Below are positions 13,722 through 29,663 of a stretch of 64,000 nucleotides of DNA, one piece after another (position 1 is the first letter of the stretch; each line of letters begins with the position of its first letter). A program made the position numbers and the translations under genes. The DNA lies in contig OX597818.1 of assembly GCA_951406725.2 (NCBI GenBank), positions 122,140,001-122,204,000 of the forward strand, given 5' to 3'. A model generated the notes under the pieces. That model did not search any database and was not told the DNA's origin. It saw only the letters and a list, made by a program, of their open reading frames with translations. Origin of the DNA: Octopus vulgaris (lineage: Eukaryota).

Positions 13722-16700
13722 ATATACATGTACACCTATATAGTTACTCACCCACATGTATAAGCATACACGAAAATATACAAATAAATACACAGTCACT
13801 CATACATACACTACACACATACATACGTACACACACACACACACGTACACACACGCACACATGAAGATATATAACAATAAACTTATATTCATCAAAAGTA
13901 TGAATATCTGAGTAATCCCTCAGATTAATGTAAAATTGTTTTTATTATAACTAAACTCAAAAACAAATATTAACACATACACGCATACAGCCACATTCAG
14001 GCAGACTATATAAGTAAAATACACAATTGTTATCCTTTTGTAAGAAATATAATGTTTGAATGTTGAAATTTTCCGCATAATACGTAATGAGAAGAAACCA
14101 GACGATAAGGAAAAATGGAGCCTAAATCGATTTTGTTTTGTGCAAAGAAAAATACAAATACGTTTTTCTCTATACATTAATTTCCTACATTTCTTAATTT
14201 CACTGAACAACAATGCTGTCACAAATAAATAAAAAAAATATCGAATTGATTAGAATATTTTTTAGTTCTTTCCCTTTGGGTGACAGGGATTCTTAGAGAA
14301 AAGAACCCCAGAAAACTAATCAGTCTATAAGGAAAAATTCAACAAAAGGAAAAGATTCCAGATGAATGCGAAACATGGATGTTTTGCTATAATTTATATA
14401 GAAGGAACCAGAAAAGGTAAGAAAAAAAGAACTAAACAAAAACTAAAGCAAAAAACAAAAAGGTAAGAAAAACAAATGTAATCTGATAAATGCTCTTGAA
14501 TATATTCCGTTCCAGCATTCGTTTCTATTGAACGTATTTGTTTCTGGCAAAAAAGGTTCTGGATTGAATACATCGTAGTCATCCTCGCTGTGGTCGTTGA
14601 CGTCATCCTCGTTGTCGTCATCGTTATCGTCGTCATTGTTGTCGTCTGTTGTCGTCATCATCACCACCATCACCACCATCATCACCACCATCACCACCAT
14701 CACCACCACAGCTACCACTAACACCATCGTCACCATCACAAACCCCATCATAGTCATAGTCCCCGTGGTCGTGGTCGGCATCATCACAATCATCGTCGTT
14801 CACTTCTTTCCACCAAGATGGTGGACACGCGACAAATCCATTCGCATTCTGTTCCATCATCTATATTCTAATTACATTGCTAGTCACGGTATGTACCATC
14901 TATGGAAGAGCGTTTAAGGTTTCGTCTCGTAAGAAGTCAGTTTCTAGATTATATTACGGAACGTTCTGAAGTTTTCAAAATAGCACAAGTGGTGTATTTC
15001 TTAAAGGGAGGTAACTTGGAACCCGTGGATCGGACTTTCTTGTCACCAGGATTTTATCCGCGATACTAAATCGAGTATGCAACCCTTTGTCGACGAAACA
15101 CCAAAGCCTTGTTCTTTATGGCACACATGAAGAAGTTGTGATGTTCGTACCATTCTAAGCAACATTCAACCATTTGCCTACTCGGGGCATTTTTATAAGT
15201 TTATCGTCCATGCCTGTTGTCAAATTTTTAATTATCCCTCCTTTCATACGTTTTGTGTCATAAAGCTTTCCTTTCTTAAGTCCCAAGTTTCTCTGGTGGC
15301 TGAAAATATTTTTGAATGTGTATCATATATGATGCACGGATATCAAGGAAATATGTCATGTGTACCACACGTGATACACAGGACAGGCAAAGGGTTAACA
15401 ACATAACTGAATTAAATGGCCTTGTTTTATCAATTGAAGCGTATCGATTTTTGCATTGATTCACTATATTGATTTGCTTGGTACTTTCAGCCATTCGGCA
15501 GAAAAATGTTCTTTTTAAAACGTTTGAATGGTTGAATGATGGAAACTGTGGAGTGCTGAAAAATGCCATGTATTTAAACACTTCTCTTTATGATGCGAGT
15601 TCAAATTTCGCCGAGGTCAACTTTCTGAGGTTGATAAAATGATATCAGTTTTTCTGGATAGATCTTTCCAAAAATGTATAATTTAATGATGGAACTCATA
15701 AAGGTATACAAGAACGATGGAATAGCATGGCTGAGTTAATAAAGTGCTGCATAAAATACTTTGGAATATTTGTTTCGGCTCATTATATCTCTAAGTTCAG
15801 ATCTCACTCAGGTCAACTTTGCTTTTCATTCTCGGTTAATGGATAAAAGAAAATACCAATCAAATACTGGGGACATTGTAATCCACTGCTCTCCGTCCCA
15901 AAGTATTTCTGGAGTTGTGCCTGTTAGAAATTATCATTTAGGTAGACTATAGCGGTAGATTGCTGGACTCATTAGAATATTGAACCGAATGCACAGAGCC
16001 AAAACAGATACTCTCGTATAGCATTTGTTTCGGGCCTTTGACTGTTTTAGTTTAAATCTCGTTGATTTCAGGGCAATAAAATAAATATTCAAGTACTGAT
16101 GTCCGTATAATCGACTATAGCTCTTCCCTAAATTTGAGGCCTTCTGTGTATCTTGGAAGCTATTATTAGATTATACACCTAATGCTAGGTCAGTTCTGAC
16201 TGAATTATTCTATAACCAGATGCATTTCAAGGACTGACTATCCGACCTTTTAAATCACATCTCATTGTAAGAGAAATTTCCCTGCTGTTTCTAACAGGAG
16301 GAGCTGCCACATACAAACTCCTTTATTGCATTGAGGTATACTTCTACTTCTATACTGTTAGGAGGTACAGCATCTCGTAGTATGAAAATCTTTCCAATTA
16401 TATTACGTCGATGTTTATGCATGTTGAATTAATATATAACAGTTTCATTCATTGTAATGAAATGATTTTGAATCCAACTCCTTTTTGTTCGATACATTTC
16501 AGTAGCCTACTCGCTAAACTGTAAAACCTTCAATTTCTACGTGAATTCACCTGTTGTTTGTTATTTTTGTTTACATTATTTCTATATCTCTGCACGGAAC
16601 TGTAAATTTTTAATTTCTTTACAATGATTGCGAGATATTTCAAAAAGCTCTTTTTTCTTTTAACTTTCGGGCAAAATAGAATCCTATTCAATTTTATTGT

Positions 16701-19700
16701 AAAGAAACAAAAACCCATCACTTTGTTTTGTATTACAAATGATTGCTAACTAAATTTCAATATCAAGATATTGCATTGGAGACAATGAAGGTTGCAAATT
16801 TATCAAATGCAAACGCTCTCCCTTCGTGGACTTTAATTCAAAAACACCCATATTAATTAAACATGAAGGATCATTAATTTTGTTGGTCATCTTGTTTAAT
16901 AATCTTCTTGTTTGATATTTCTTCTTCCTGTTTAATATTCATTTTTGGGTCCATTAATTCATTACACTTTCTGAAAAGTTTTTTTTTTCCTCTAAAATTT
17001 TGTTATCACCAAAATTAATATCAAAATTGACTAAATTTTGTTTTGATACCTTTTAAAATTTTATATTAAATAATTACATTATTTGATTAAAGATTAAAAT
17101 AACTAGTCAAGACAAAGAAAGTTCGGGAGACAGTGATGGTTTGCAGAGATGTGTATGCATATGTGTGAGTTATGAGTGCCTGCATGTGTATGTGTGTGTA
17201 GGCGTATGGGTATGTGTGTATGTGTGCGTGTATGTATGTGTGTGTTTGTATGGGTGTGGAAGTGTTAGATTGTTGACTGAAGTATTAGCGTTTCTACGAT
17301 ACTGCTATACTACGTCTATGTGGAAGAGTGGTTCTCAAACAGTGAACAATAAGGAATATCAAAGTGTCCTGCAAATTTTTAAAAATATAATCTAAAACTT
17401 TAGAAACTCCATGGTAACGGTTGACAATCTTGAACAAGTAGTTATTCATAATTTTGTTATACAAAAATCTGATGATTAATAAAGCAAGATGAACAATAGT
17501 TTTCTGCAGTTGCTTTTAATGTTAGCTTTATAACATAGTTTTCTTTAAAATTTCGATCTGAAATGCATCAGTAACTTTTTTGCTTCACTTCTTGTTTACC
17601 AGGAAGTGAAACATACTGAGATACACCGATGTAGAACTAAGAGCTTAACTCAATATAGTTTTGCATTAAGTGTTCTCGATTTTATTTTCGAATTTACCTC
17701 ATTTCAAATTCTAGGTTCAATTTATCAAAAACATATAGCAGAAATGAAATTTGAACACTTGAATTTTATTTCATTCTTTTTCAAAATAGGAAATTTATGT
17801 CTCCTTTTTGCTAAGTTTGTACTGAAAATTAATATGAGTGGAACGGACAAACATAATGATTTTTTCCAAGGTTTGCAAGACTCGCGAGAAGAGAGGAATT
17901 TGTCTCCAAAATAGAGACTAAACTGTGATGCTTGTAACATAAAGCATTTCTCTAAGTGACATTTAAGGATCAACCGCAGTTTAAAACTGGGAGACAGATC
18001 TAGTCTAGCATCCAAGGAGACAAAATTCAACGAGGCAGACAGGTACTGGAAATACCTCGTCCGACGCTGTAGCAGTTCTACGTTCTGGATTGGAACTTTA
18101 TTTTATCAACTCCGAAAGAATGAATAACAAATTTGCTGTGGGATCAAATTTTGCCGACATTTGGTCTCACAGCGCAAAGAACCAGAACAAACACCACAAT
18201 CTTTCGTTGAGCCGTCATACAAATGCCACAATTTTTTTCCTGAGCCGCCATGTTTCTGCCGATTCGTCGCCCATAAAACTGTTATTCATCTGTTCGCTTG
18301 TAATACAGACTCTGACTGTTGTTATATGTTTCGCCAATGATAGATACATTCCCACTCTTTCAGCCATTTGTGTCACTACTACTTGCGTCTGTCTTTCATC
18401 CACTAGCTTCATGTAATCCAAGGGGAGGTGCATAATCAATGCTGCAGAATAATCAGATTTAAATATTTTAAAATCAAGTACGATAGGATTACGTACTTGT
18501 CAAAATTTTTTCCATTGCTCACTTTATTTCTATTTTAGTATACTGTTGGCAACATATCCGATATGACGTTGTGCTGGAAAAAGATATTGCTGCACTTGGT
18601 TTGAACAATGTTTGTTATTTTGCCAAATAAACGCACGCACTGCTAGCTGTGTATTGTTTTAGTAAGTTATTGTTATCATCTGCTGCAGTATAGATAAGCG
18701 ATCGATCTCTGTGGTTTGAGGAAAGATGGTAATGGCTCAAATAAAACAAGCGAATGTATATCTAACAGTGCATGTCCTTCAATATCCACAAGTGAGTATG
18801 ACCTGATTCAGTGTACCTCGCTTTTGCTTATCGTTTCAAGTGCCTATGTATTTTGAGAACAGACATAGATATCCTCTCCGCTCACCCAACTTTGATCAAG
18901 TGGATCATTGATGATGTGACATCTGGAGGTAGGGTGAGTTCCACCAGCACTAGGGTGTTAGTAAATTACAGTTGTGTAGAGTGGAGTAATGTGAAAGGAA
19001 GTGCCTTCCTCAAGGACACAACGCTCCTCTCGGTCCCGAAAGTACACTTAGTACCTTATTTATGATATTGAACATTGTCCCCTAACCACGAAGCCACGCA
19101 AGCACGACTGAATAGTATTTTCATTCCAATTGTCTTTGTAAGTATAGTCAGTTTTAGAATAAATGTTACTCCAGTGTATTTCCTCTTGGCGGCAAGCAAC
19201 CAAAGGTGCCCTTAAGCGGTCAGTAACTGTGTTATAAATAATATCCAAATATAACTCCAATCTCATATTTACTGTCTAAAGTAATGAGAATTATATTCGA
19301 CAATACAGAGACTGACATGGAAAAAGGGGCACTTTCGCAATTAAAACACCATTGATTACAGGTCAACCCATTTAGGATTGTCGTGGGTCTAGAAACTAAG
19401 AAAAGCTTCTTTACTTACAAATAGTCATGTATTAAAGGAAGTGATTTAATGGAAGGAGATGAACTGTTATTCATTAGAAATCTATTTCTAGTTCACATAT
19501 ATCAATGCAGATTCACCTAAAAATTTGCTTTTGCAAAATGGCGACAACTTCCAGGTAGATCTATTTATAAATCTTATTGCATTATCATTTTGTCAAGAGA
19601 AACATGTATATTTGATGATTATATTTTTTTGTAATCGTATTAGTAAAATGGGGGTAAAATTGGCAGAATCGTTAGAGCGTCGTGAAAAATGTTATGGTGG

Positions 19701-19834
19701 TATTTGTTCCAGGTCTTTACGTCTTGAGTTCAAATCTCGCTATGCTCAGCGTTGCCTTTCGGCTCTCCGATGGAGTTCCAGCTAAATTTTGACTCAGCAT
19801 TCCTAGCTTTGTGCCTAAATCGAAAACAATTATT

Positions 19835-20262
19835 TTACTTGTTCCCTTTATTTGACTGCAGCCATGCTGGGGTACTGCTTCAAAAGGCTTTTGTCGAAGA
19901 AATCGATCTCAGGACTTAATTTTTGTAAGCCTCGTACCTATCGGTCACTTTGCTGAGCCGTTAATTTACGGGGACATAAACATACTAGCACCATTTGTCA
20001 AGAGATAGTGTGGGGAGAAACATGCACTCACACACACAAGCACATAAATAGATAAATAAATACATACAAATATTACTCTCTCTCACACACACACACGCAT
20101 ATAAAAACGACGGGCTTTTTCCAGTTTCCGTCAATTAAATCTACTCACAAAGCTTTGTTCAGTCAAAAGCTATAATAGAAGATACGCGCCCAAGGTGCCA
20201 CGTTGTGGGACTGAAACTAGAACCATGTGGTTGGGAAGCAAGCTTCTTACTACATAGCCACG
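19835..20262 (-). mobile_element. SINE family A copy
   Basis: ATTTGACTGCAGCCATGCTGG ... CAGTTTCCGTC ... CCAAGGTGCCACG ... CCATGTGGTTGGGAAGCAAGCTTCTTAC matches the other copies. Confidence 0.85.
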
Positions 20263-20557
20263 CATACATATATACATGCATGCATGCATACACATATAGG
20301 TGAAAACAGGCTCACTCTTAATTAATTAGATCAGAAACTGTGTGAAAGATTTATTGTGTGGTTGTTGGGCATAGTAATACATAAAGTATTACATACAGCT
20401 ATAAAGGATTGTAAGAAAGTCAATTCATACACCAACATATTGCCGTTGTATAACCTCAAATTAGAAGCTGTTGAATAAACCATAAAAACACTCCATCCTT
20501 GAAATTCTATTTTGTGCGGATAGGACAACATGGTATAATGCACCCAATAAATATCTA

Positions 20558-20885
20558 AAGATCCAAGTTGAGGTCCAAGGACACCTTAAAGGACAACTTT
20601 AAAGGGCAAACCCGAGACCGCAGCTACAGACAGGGCCACTTGGAAGTCAACCGCCTATACTACGGTAGCTGTCTTTGAAGAGGATAGATGGCAACTCCTC
20701 GCTGCTGCAAGAGACAGAAGTTACCGGGCCGCACCATCCTCAGTCTCGGCCACAGACTACCAGTGTGTAACGTGCTAGCGACTGTGTGCTTCCGGCTTTG
20801 GGCTGCGGAGACACATTCGTTCCCACCGCTGACTGCTGAGGCCACAGACTACGTCTTCATCGGAGATCGATGAACTACCAATTAA
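20558..20885 (+). mobile_element. RTE-clade LINE 3' end, decayed, with C-terminal C2H2 zinc finger
   Basis: Manual translation SKLRSKDTLK/frameshift/ETAATDRATWKS...FEEDRWQLLAAARDR...YQCVTC*RLCASGFGLRRHIRSHR* (CxxC..HxxxH), followed by a 3' UTR stem-loop TTCATCG-gagat-CGATGAA. Confidence 0.8.
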
Positions 20886-21159
20886 TATGTAAAATGTTAG
20901 TGTGCGATTTCAGCGACATATTGTTGTTACTTTCTGCCAGTTACCAGACAAAATGGAGGATCCTCCGACAGCTCCCCGACCAATATCATAGTATATATGC
21001 GAGTGGTTGGCGGTGGAGAAGGTTATAGAACGGGAGTAGTGGAAATGGAATAATGGAGGAAAGAAATATATGGTATTACAAGAAACTACCTCAATGGATC
21101 AGACACCAAATGGCATCAAGTTTCACATACATACATACATACATACATACATACATACA

Positions 21160-21191
<32 letters not shown>

Positions 21192-21250
21192 CATACATAT
21201 TTATCTATATCCCTAACATCCTGTCTCTCCACCTCTCACTCTCTATAAAT

Positions 21251-21291
<41 letters not shown>

Positions 21292-22284
21292 ATGTATATA
21301 TTTAAACACACACACATATTTAGGTATATAAATATTTAAAAGCGTATATAAAATGTACAGATTATACAGAGGCACACATATATAAGCGCATATAAGAAAA
21401 TATATAATATACAAATATATATATATATATATATGTGTACACACACATTTATATGTATATAATATACAGGAATATATATCGATATGTAAGCATTTACAAT
21501 TATGTATATATATCCACACGCTCGCACACAAGCACGCGCGCGCGCTACTTACATATACATGAAATTATAGGCGTACAAAATTCTTACGTACATAAATAGG
21601 TTAGTACATACATAAACATACATTTATATACAAACCCATATATATATTTATATATAAATGTATATATTTATATATAAATGTATATATTTGTATATGCATG
21701 CGTTTATTTATGTGTGTGTGTATATATGTATGTATATATATATATATGTATATATGTATGTATGCATGCATGTATGTATGTATGCATGTATGTATGTATG
21801 TGTGTGTGTATGTGCATGTGTGTGCATTCATACTTTTAATTTTTTTTATATATTTGTATCACAACAACGAAGGTATCATTCTGTTTTTAGGAAAACTTTT
21901 GGTGCATTAATATGATAAAAAAATATGTGTACATTACCCCACATACGGAGAAAGGTTTTTTTTTTTCTTCTCAATCTCAATGTCAACTTACCTGTCAATC
22001 AGAAAAAAAAAGAAACATTTTACTTAACCATGAAAAGATATAATCCATTATGTACACAAACACATACACACACAAACAGACACATAATAATAAGTGTACA
22101 TAAACATTCATACGCATCCGTACACACATGCCTCAAACATACACACACGTATATAAACACATATATGTATACATGACATATCACATAAAACATTTTTTTA
22201 TCAGAAATAACGAATACGTTTGAATGCAATGACAAATTGGAATGACGAACAGAAAACGCCATATGCAATGCATATAACTGAGTG

Positions 22285-22334
<50 letters not shown>

Positions 22335-22847
22335 GTCATTGATATTTCTGCTGCAGCTACTGTCGTTTCTCGTTGAGTGATGAACAAGATGTATTTCATA
22401 TGAATATATCTTATTGTAAAAGGCAACATAACATTAGTTTTGTAGTAAATATTGTCATCGCAGTTTCATCATCGTCATCATCAACATCATCATCATCAGC
22501 AGCATCATCGTCGTCGTCATCGTCGTCATCGTTGTCATCATCATCATCATCATCACCAAAACAAGCACACAAAATATTGGAAGTTAAATAAAAAAAAACA
22601 AAAAAAACAAACAAGCTCCCAATAATGGAAATCGAAAGTTCTGAGGTTTATACTTTCATCAAGAACAATGAAAACTTTCTTAGTGGTAGTTCCACCCCCC
22701 ACCCCCACCCCCAAAAACTATTACCGCTTTGCAACCACGTGGCCTCGTATTCAATCTTACTGCGAGGTACCTAGGATTACTATCTCCTACAGCCCCGCAC
22801 GAATCAATGCCTTGTGAGATAATTTGGGTGCCTGAAGGTTTGTTTAG

Positions 22848-22890
<43 letters not shown>

Positions 22891-22897
<7 letters not shown>

Positions 22898-23135
22898 CAG
22901 GGACATATTCTTTATGTTGTATGTCTCGTTTTTCTGTGTTTTTTTTGTTGTTGTTTGAAACAAAAGTTCGTTTCTATATTTTTGTTTTTATGTTTTCGTT
23001 TCTCATTATGTTCAACGTTTTTTTGCTGTCCTGTACCCATATATGCATGTATACATACATATATATGTAGGTATGCATATATATATGTATGTATATATGC
23101 ATCTATCTATATACTATTCATATTATATTATATTA
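22891..23135 (+). mobile_element. Repeat family D, copy 2 (5' truncated)
   Basis: Homologous to 12999-13280 and starts directly after (TA)n. Confidence 0.7.
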
Positions 23136-23425
23136 TATCACCGTGTTCACCGTGACTGACCAGGCTGGTCACAATGCGCTTCGCATTGTTTTAGCCTTCA
23201 AATAACGCCACCCCGCTGGCTGAGCGAGCAGGCCAACAGAAGAAAGAGTGAGAGAAAGTTGCGGCGAAAGTTGCAGCAGGAATCGCCACCACCCACTGCC
23301 GGAGCCTCGTGGAGCTTTAGGTGTTTTCGCTCAATAAACACTGACAACGCCCGGTCTGGGAATCGAAACCGCGATCCTATAACCGCGAGTCCGCTGCCCT
23401 AGCCACTGGGCCATTGCGCCTCCAC
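23136..23425 (-). mobile_element. SINE family B copy with a third type of 3' tail
   Basis: Minus-strand head GTGGAGGCGCAATGGCCCAGTGGCTAGGGCAGCGGACTCGCGG...GGTTTCGATTCCCAGACC with A and B boxes. Confidence 0.9.
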
Positions 23426-23720
23426 ATATGAAAGAAAAGACCACTGAAAACATTTAGTATGAGTTATATCCATTATTTAAAGTAATACTACGTGGCCCAC
23501 CTTGACGCATAGCATCCTATCTTCCGGCAGCTATCTTGCCCTTCCTGTATCTCTTAATTCGGCATTCAGAACGCCTAAAGCAGTCGGGCTCGCGTTAGCG
23601 GCCTGCGAAAGTCGAAGTGGCACGGAACCGAATTAAACTGTTTTAAATAATACACACACACACACACACACACAAATACACATATATTTATATAGATATA
23701 TATATATATATGTAAATACC

Positions 23721-23777
<57 letters not shown>

Positions 23778-24391
23778 TCCTGCACCTACATATGTGCTCG
23801 TCTTTCTTTTTTGCCTTAAATCTCAAGATACAGCCGTAGATAGAATATAATCTAAACACATACCCACACACACACAGATCAAATGATTTGAAAAATTTGG
23901 AAAATCAATGTATTTGGAAAATTGTATGGAAACCCGTCGGATGAGCGGTGCGCGTAATTCAAAGAGACAGCCTTGTCTTTCACGTACATAGCATCACGCT
24001 CTGTTTGTGGAATATCTTAATAGTACATCTGTCTTTGGCATATGCATTGACTTATACTATAAAATAATTGTTATGTAGTTCCCTTGATCGAACAACTGGA
24101 ACGAACATACGTCGAGACCAATGCCAAATCCATCAAGAATATTCGCGTGCGTGTGATTGTGTGTGCATGTGTACGTGCGTTTGTGTGTATGTGTGTGTGT
24201 CTGTGTGTGTCTGTGTGTGTGCGTGCGTTTGGGAGAGAAGAGTATATAAAAACACAAACACACAAAGAGGTTTATTTTATTTTTGATTTCCTGCTGGAAT
24301 ATGTCATTACGAAGACATTGCGAGAGACGGAAAGGCAGGTGAGGACAAAATATTGGAGAGGGGAGAGAGGACAGAGAGAGAGAGAGAAAGT

Positions 24392-24423
<32 letters not shown>

Positions 24424-24499
24424 AGGAATGTGTATGTGAGAGAGAGTGTGAGTGTGTGTGTGAGAAAGAGAGAGAGAGGGAGTGTGTATGTGTGTGAGA

Positions 24500-24911
<412 letters not shown>

Positions 24912-26035
24912 TGTCAAACAGTCACCAACAAACATATAATATAATCAACTGAAAAGAAAATAGTGATTGAAATGGAAAATACCAATAATAATGAATAAAA
25001 TTATAAGGAATCAATTACGAAATGAAATGAAAATGAAATGAAGCAAACATTTAATTGAAATGGAAATTAGATGAACTTTTTAATCGATGTTTGTTCATTA
25101 GTGTAATATGGTTATTTCTGTTTTTGCAATATAGTTACAAGATGTAAAGGCAATGAAATGGCGAGAAAAATGTTTACTATCGTTGTTTTAACTTCTAGAT
25201 TAAAAGCCTTTGAATTTACGATTCGTCATTTGGAAACGGCCTGAAGGAAGTACCAGCAGTATACTGATTTTAATTTAAACCATTATCTCCTTCAAAATTT
25301 AGTGTTTAACCTTATGGAAAATAAGGCGGGAAGAATGAAAAAAGACTCTTAGAGAATGTGGTTTAACTTCGATTATTGGAACGAGACAAGAAAATACTAT
25401 TTTTGGTGGTCAAGTTCTTCGGAATACAGATCTTAGTGCAGTCAAAGGATGCCATACTGAAAATATTAATGTAAAAAATGACATGTAAAGAATTATTTTG
25501 TTTTTCAAGGTTGTATAGTTCTGCAATATTTATTGCATTTTCACATCAAAACAGGATCTAAAAAAGTCTTGAATTTCTGTATGGTTGTCAATGATATCAA
25601 CAAGCTTTTCAAACATATGTGAACAACATAAAATCAAATATTGGCAACAGATAAGTACTCGAAGTAAATAAGTAGAGTGAATGATTCTCTCATTCTTTAA
25701 CCCTCCTCCTGTCCAAAACATTTCTAGAAGCTTGTTCTAAAACCTACATGCTTGTTTTCAGTGTTCGTTTCATATGTCCTGAGAAATATAAAGTTTTCCT
25801 TACACAAATCTCAAATTACTCTGCCAGTCACAATATTGGGAATGTGTATCGAATATGAAGCATGTATATTAAACGTGTTACACAGGTTAAGCAAAGGGTA
25901 GGGTTGAATATATCAGTAAGTCAGTAATTTTTACTAGTGTACATTACATCAATATTTTTTAAAGAGACTGACTCAAATCGAACTACTTGCCCGGTCGAAA
26001 CGTTGAACTTTTCATAATTATAAACAAAAGAATGA

Positions 26036-26204
26036 AGGCGCTGGCATGGCTGTGTGGTTATGAAGCTTGCTTGGCAGATATGTTGCTCAGATTCAATATA
26101 GTTGTGAGACATCTTAGGCAAGTGTCTCCTATTATATACTGTAGCACCAGGTCGACCAATGCATTGTGATTGAATATGATGAGCGTAAACTACGTAGGAG
26201 CCCG

Positions 26205-26237
<33 letters not shown>

Positions 26238-26392
26238 TGAGTGCATCTTTCCCTTGTTAACAATTAACACGGAAAAATAGATAAATAGTTACATTGTTTT
26301 ACACCATTTATTCCTTTGGAATAATATCAGTGAAATCTTCGAAACATGTGTCGGAAGTAAAAGTATTTGAATTATACCTGCCTTAAACTACA

Positions 26393-26443
<51 letters not shown>

Positions 26444-26625
26444 CGGGCTCCTGCGCGCATGTGTGCGTGTGTGTTTGCGCCGTTGTGTGTCTTCTACCAC
26501 CGCTTGACAACCGCTGTTGATTTGTTTATGTCTTCGTAAGCTAGCGGTACGACAAAGGACACCGTTAAAAGAAGTAAGAGGCTTGAACAAAGCAACATGG
26601 CCGCAATGTAATGACTTTAACTACT
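26036..26625 (+). mobile_element. SINE family A copy, degenerate, interrupted at its internal (TA)n
   Basis: Head AGGCGCTGGCATGGCTGTGTGGTTATGAAGCTTGC. 3' half TCTACCACCGCTTGACAACCG...CATGGCCGCAATGTAATGACT. Confidence 0.65.
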
Positions 26626-27508
26626 AAATGCGAAAGGATCAATCCTTGTAAACAAAAGTCAGTTAGAGCGTCGGATATATGCCGTCACGGTATTTGCTAC
26701 AACTCCCCGTTCTCTGAATTCAGATTATGTTGAGATTAAATTTCAAATTCATCATTTTAAAGGTGATGATAGTGGATTAGGGGAAAGTGTCAAAACGCCA
26801 AGTAGAGTGCTGGCTTTGTGCGTGGTTGACCTCAAATACCTCCATGGACTACAGGGTCAATAAACTTAATATTTTGCCTGGATTAACAGCATCATCAGAA
26901 TGAATTATGTTGCAGACATTGAAGCCACGTTAGGTACTGCGCTTCCTAATGATTAAAAATTATCAGAAACTTTTACGGGATCGTAAAAATCGTATATTCG
27001 CTTAAACGATATTCGGGTAACTGAAATATTGTCTGTCATTTCTTTTTATAAGGTAAGATCCGTAATCCAAAGAAACAGATAGAAATCTGGTCGAAATGTA
27101 AAAGGTGTGACAAACTACGTTTCGGATAATGATACTTCTTTAGACGAGTGAACGAATATAGAGGCTGAATTTTTGGTAGTAACTGCGGTATTAAGCTATA
27201 TATGCCTTCCGTTGAATAAGGACAATGAAGATCCTATACTTTTCATTTCTTACACAAGAATTCATTAACATTCTGTTTTTATATAAGCGATATAAGTAAA
27301 TATCATTCTATGTATGTATGTATGTATGTATGTATGTATGTATGTATGTATGTATGTATGTATGTATGTATGTATGTATGTATGTATGTATCTATCTATC
27401 TATCTAGCTATCTATCTATCTTTCTATCTATCCAAACACAGACACGCGAACCCACATACATTTATTGACAAACGTACGCATCGATACGAACACAGATTCT
27501 GTCATGAA

Positions 27509-27548
<40 letters not shown>

Positions 27549-27644
27549 CACACACATATATGTACGCGTACACACAGGCAAACCCGTACACACACGCACG
27601 CACACATATTTATATATATATATACATGCACATGTATAGCTATG

Positions 27645-27723
<79 letters not shown>

Positions 27724-27728
27724 TTATA

Positions 27729-27768
<40 letters not shown>

Positions 27769-28163
27769 CATTGATGTACACACGTTTATATAAAAAAAAT
27801 TACGTGTCAGCGTTTACGTGATTATGTAAACAAGTGACTGTGTACGTACGTACGTATGCATGTAGTTACGTTTGTATGCATGTAAAAGAAATTCGATATA
27901 CTATTGAAACTAATTAGTTGAAATATATGAGGTTTATAAGTCTTTTTTTTTTTTTTTTGGCTTTCTAGTAGCTAATATTTTTTCCCTTCGGAAGAACTTC
28001 AGCTAATTTTAGAGAATGCTCCGTCATGCATGTCGTTCCCAGTGAGTAAGATTACGAAAAAAATGAGATACAATAATACAATAGATCACAAATATATATA
28101 TATATATATGTGTGTGTGTGTCTGTGTGTGTGCGTGTGTATATGTGTGTACGTATATATATAA

Positions 28164-28206
<43 letters not shown>

Positions 28207-28275
28207 TTTATGAACATATACATATATACACATATATATGTTTATATACATATATATGTACGTGTAGTTATATCT

Positions 28276-28331
<56 letters not shown>

Positions 28332-28360
28332 GTACATATATATGTACATGTAGTTATATG

Positions 28361-28391
<31 letters not shown>

Positions 28392-28687
28392 GTGTGTGGG
28401 TGTGTGTTTGTGTGTGTGTGCGTGTGTATATGTTTGTGTATGTATGTATATATATATACATAAATATTTATGAACATATACATATATACACATATATATG
28501 TATATATATGCATATATATGTAGATGTAGTTATATGTATACATGTATATATATATATACATATATATATATGTGTGTGTGTGTGTATATATGTGTGTGTG
28601 TGTGTACGTGTGTATATGTGTGTATGTATGTATATATATACATATATATATGTACATGTAGTTATATTTATACAAGTATATATATAT

Positions 28688-28730
<43 letters not shown>

Positions 28731-29192
28731 GTGTCTGTATATAACATTGCCAACATCTGTGGCAAAGAAAAAATTATTGAAAATGGTCTTAGAAAACTAC
28801 GAATAAATAGAATTCCACAGAAATAAAAATTAACATGTTTTGTTGGTATCGAATTAATGAATAAACCTGTGTAATTACTTCCGCTGTAATAGGTTTGTCT
28901 TTAGAATTTCTTAGACTGCCTTAATAACATGTTGCAATGTTCACATGCCCACACACAGACACACAGGTCCTAATTACGAGGAGGATGGACAGCGAACTAA
29001 ATGTATAGGTAATCATATTGTTGTTTGGAAAGTTGGCGAGACGGGTTGAAGATGCGCGAAGTGAATCTTTTCAATGTGCAAAGAAACGTACTGAGCCACA
29101 CTCTGTCTCTCGCTTTCTCGTTCAACACACACACACGTTCACACACACACAAGTATATACATAACCTATATGTGTGTGTGTGTGTGTATATA

Positions 29193-29561
29193 CTCTTACT
29201 TGTTTCAGTCATTTGACTGCGGCCATGCTGGAGACCTGCTTTTTTAGTCTAGTACTTATTCTATCGGTCTCTTTTGCCGAACCGCTAAGTAACGAGGACG
29301 TAAACACACCAGCATCGGTTGTCAAGCGATGTTGGGACGACAAACACAGACACACAAACACACACACACACATATATATACATATATATATATATATACG
29401 ACGGGCTTCTTTCAGTTTCTGTCTACCAAATCCACTCACAAGGCTTTGGTCGGCCCGAGGCTATAGTAGAAGACACTTGCCCAAGGTGCCACACAGTGGG
29501 ACTGAACCCGGAACCGTGTGGTTGGTAAGCAAGCTACTTACCACACAGCCACTTCTGCGCC
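29193..29561 (-). mobile_element. SINE family A copy, well preserved
   Basis: Minus-strand head GGCGCAGAAGTGGCTGTGTGGTAAGTAGCTTGC...GGTTCAGTCCCACT (A/B boxes), CORE-like CCTTGGGCAAGTG, internal (TA/CA)n. Confidence 0.92.
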
Positions 29562-29625
29562 TTATACATACATACATATGCATATATATATATACAGTAT
29601 ATATATATATATATACATGCATATA

Positions 29626-29661
<36 letters not shown>

Positions 29662-29663
29662 AT

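Noticed and set aside
14394-14917. Overlapping ORFs with acidic and Met/Val-rich runs
   Set aside because: Degenerate (CAT/CAC/CGT)n trinucleotide tract with no domain or splice support.
17606-18439. Four overlapping 74-108 aa ORFs and a Cys-rich minus-strand reading
   Set aside because: No recognisable domain. Part of it resembles a decayed family C SINE on the minus strand.
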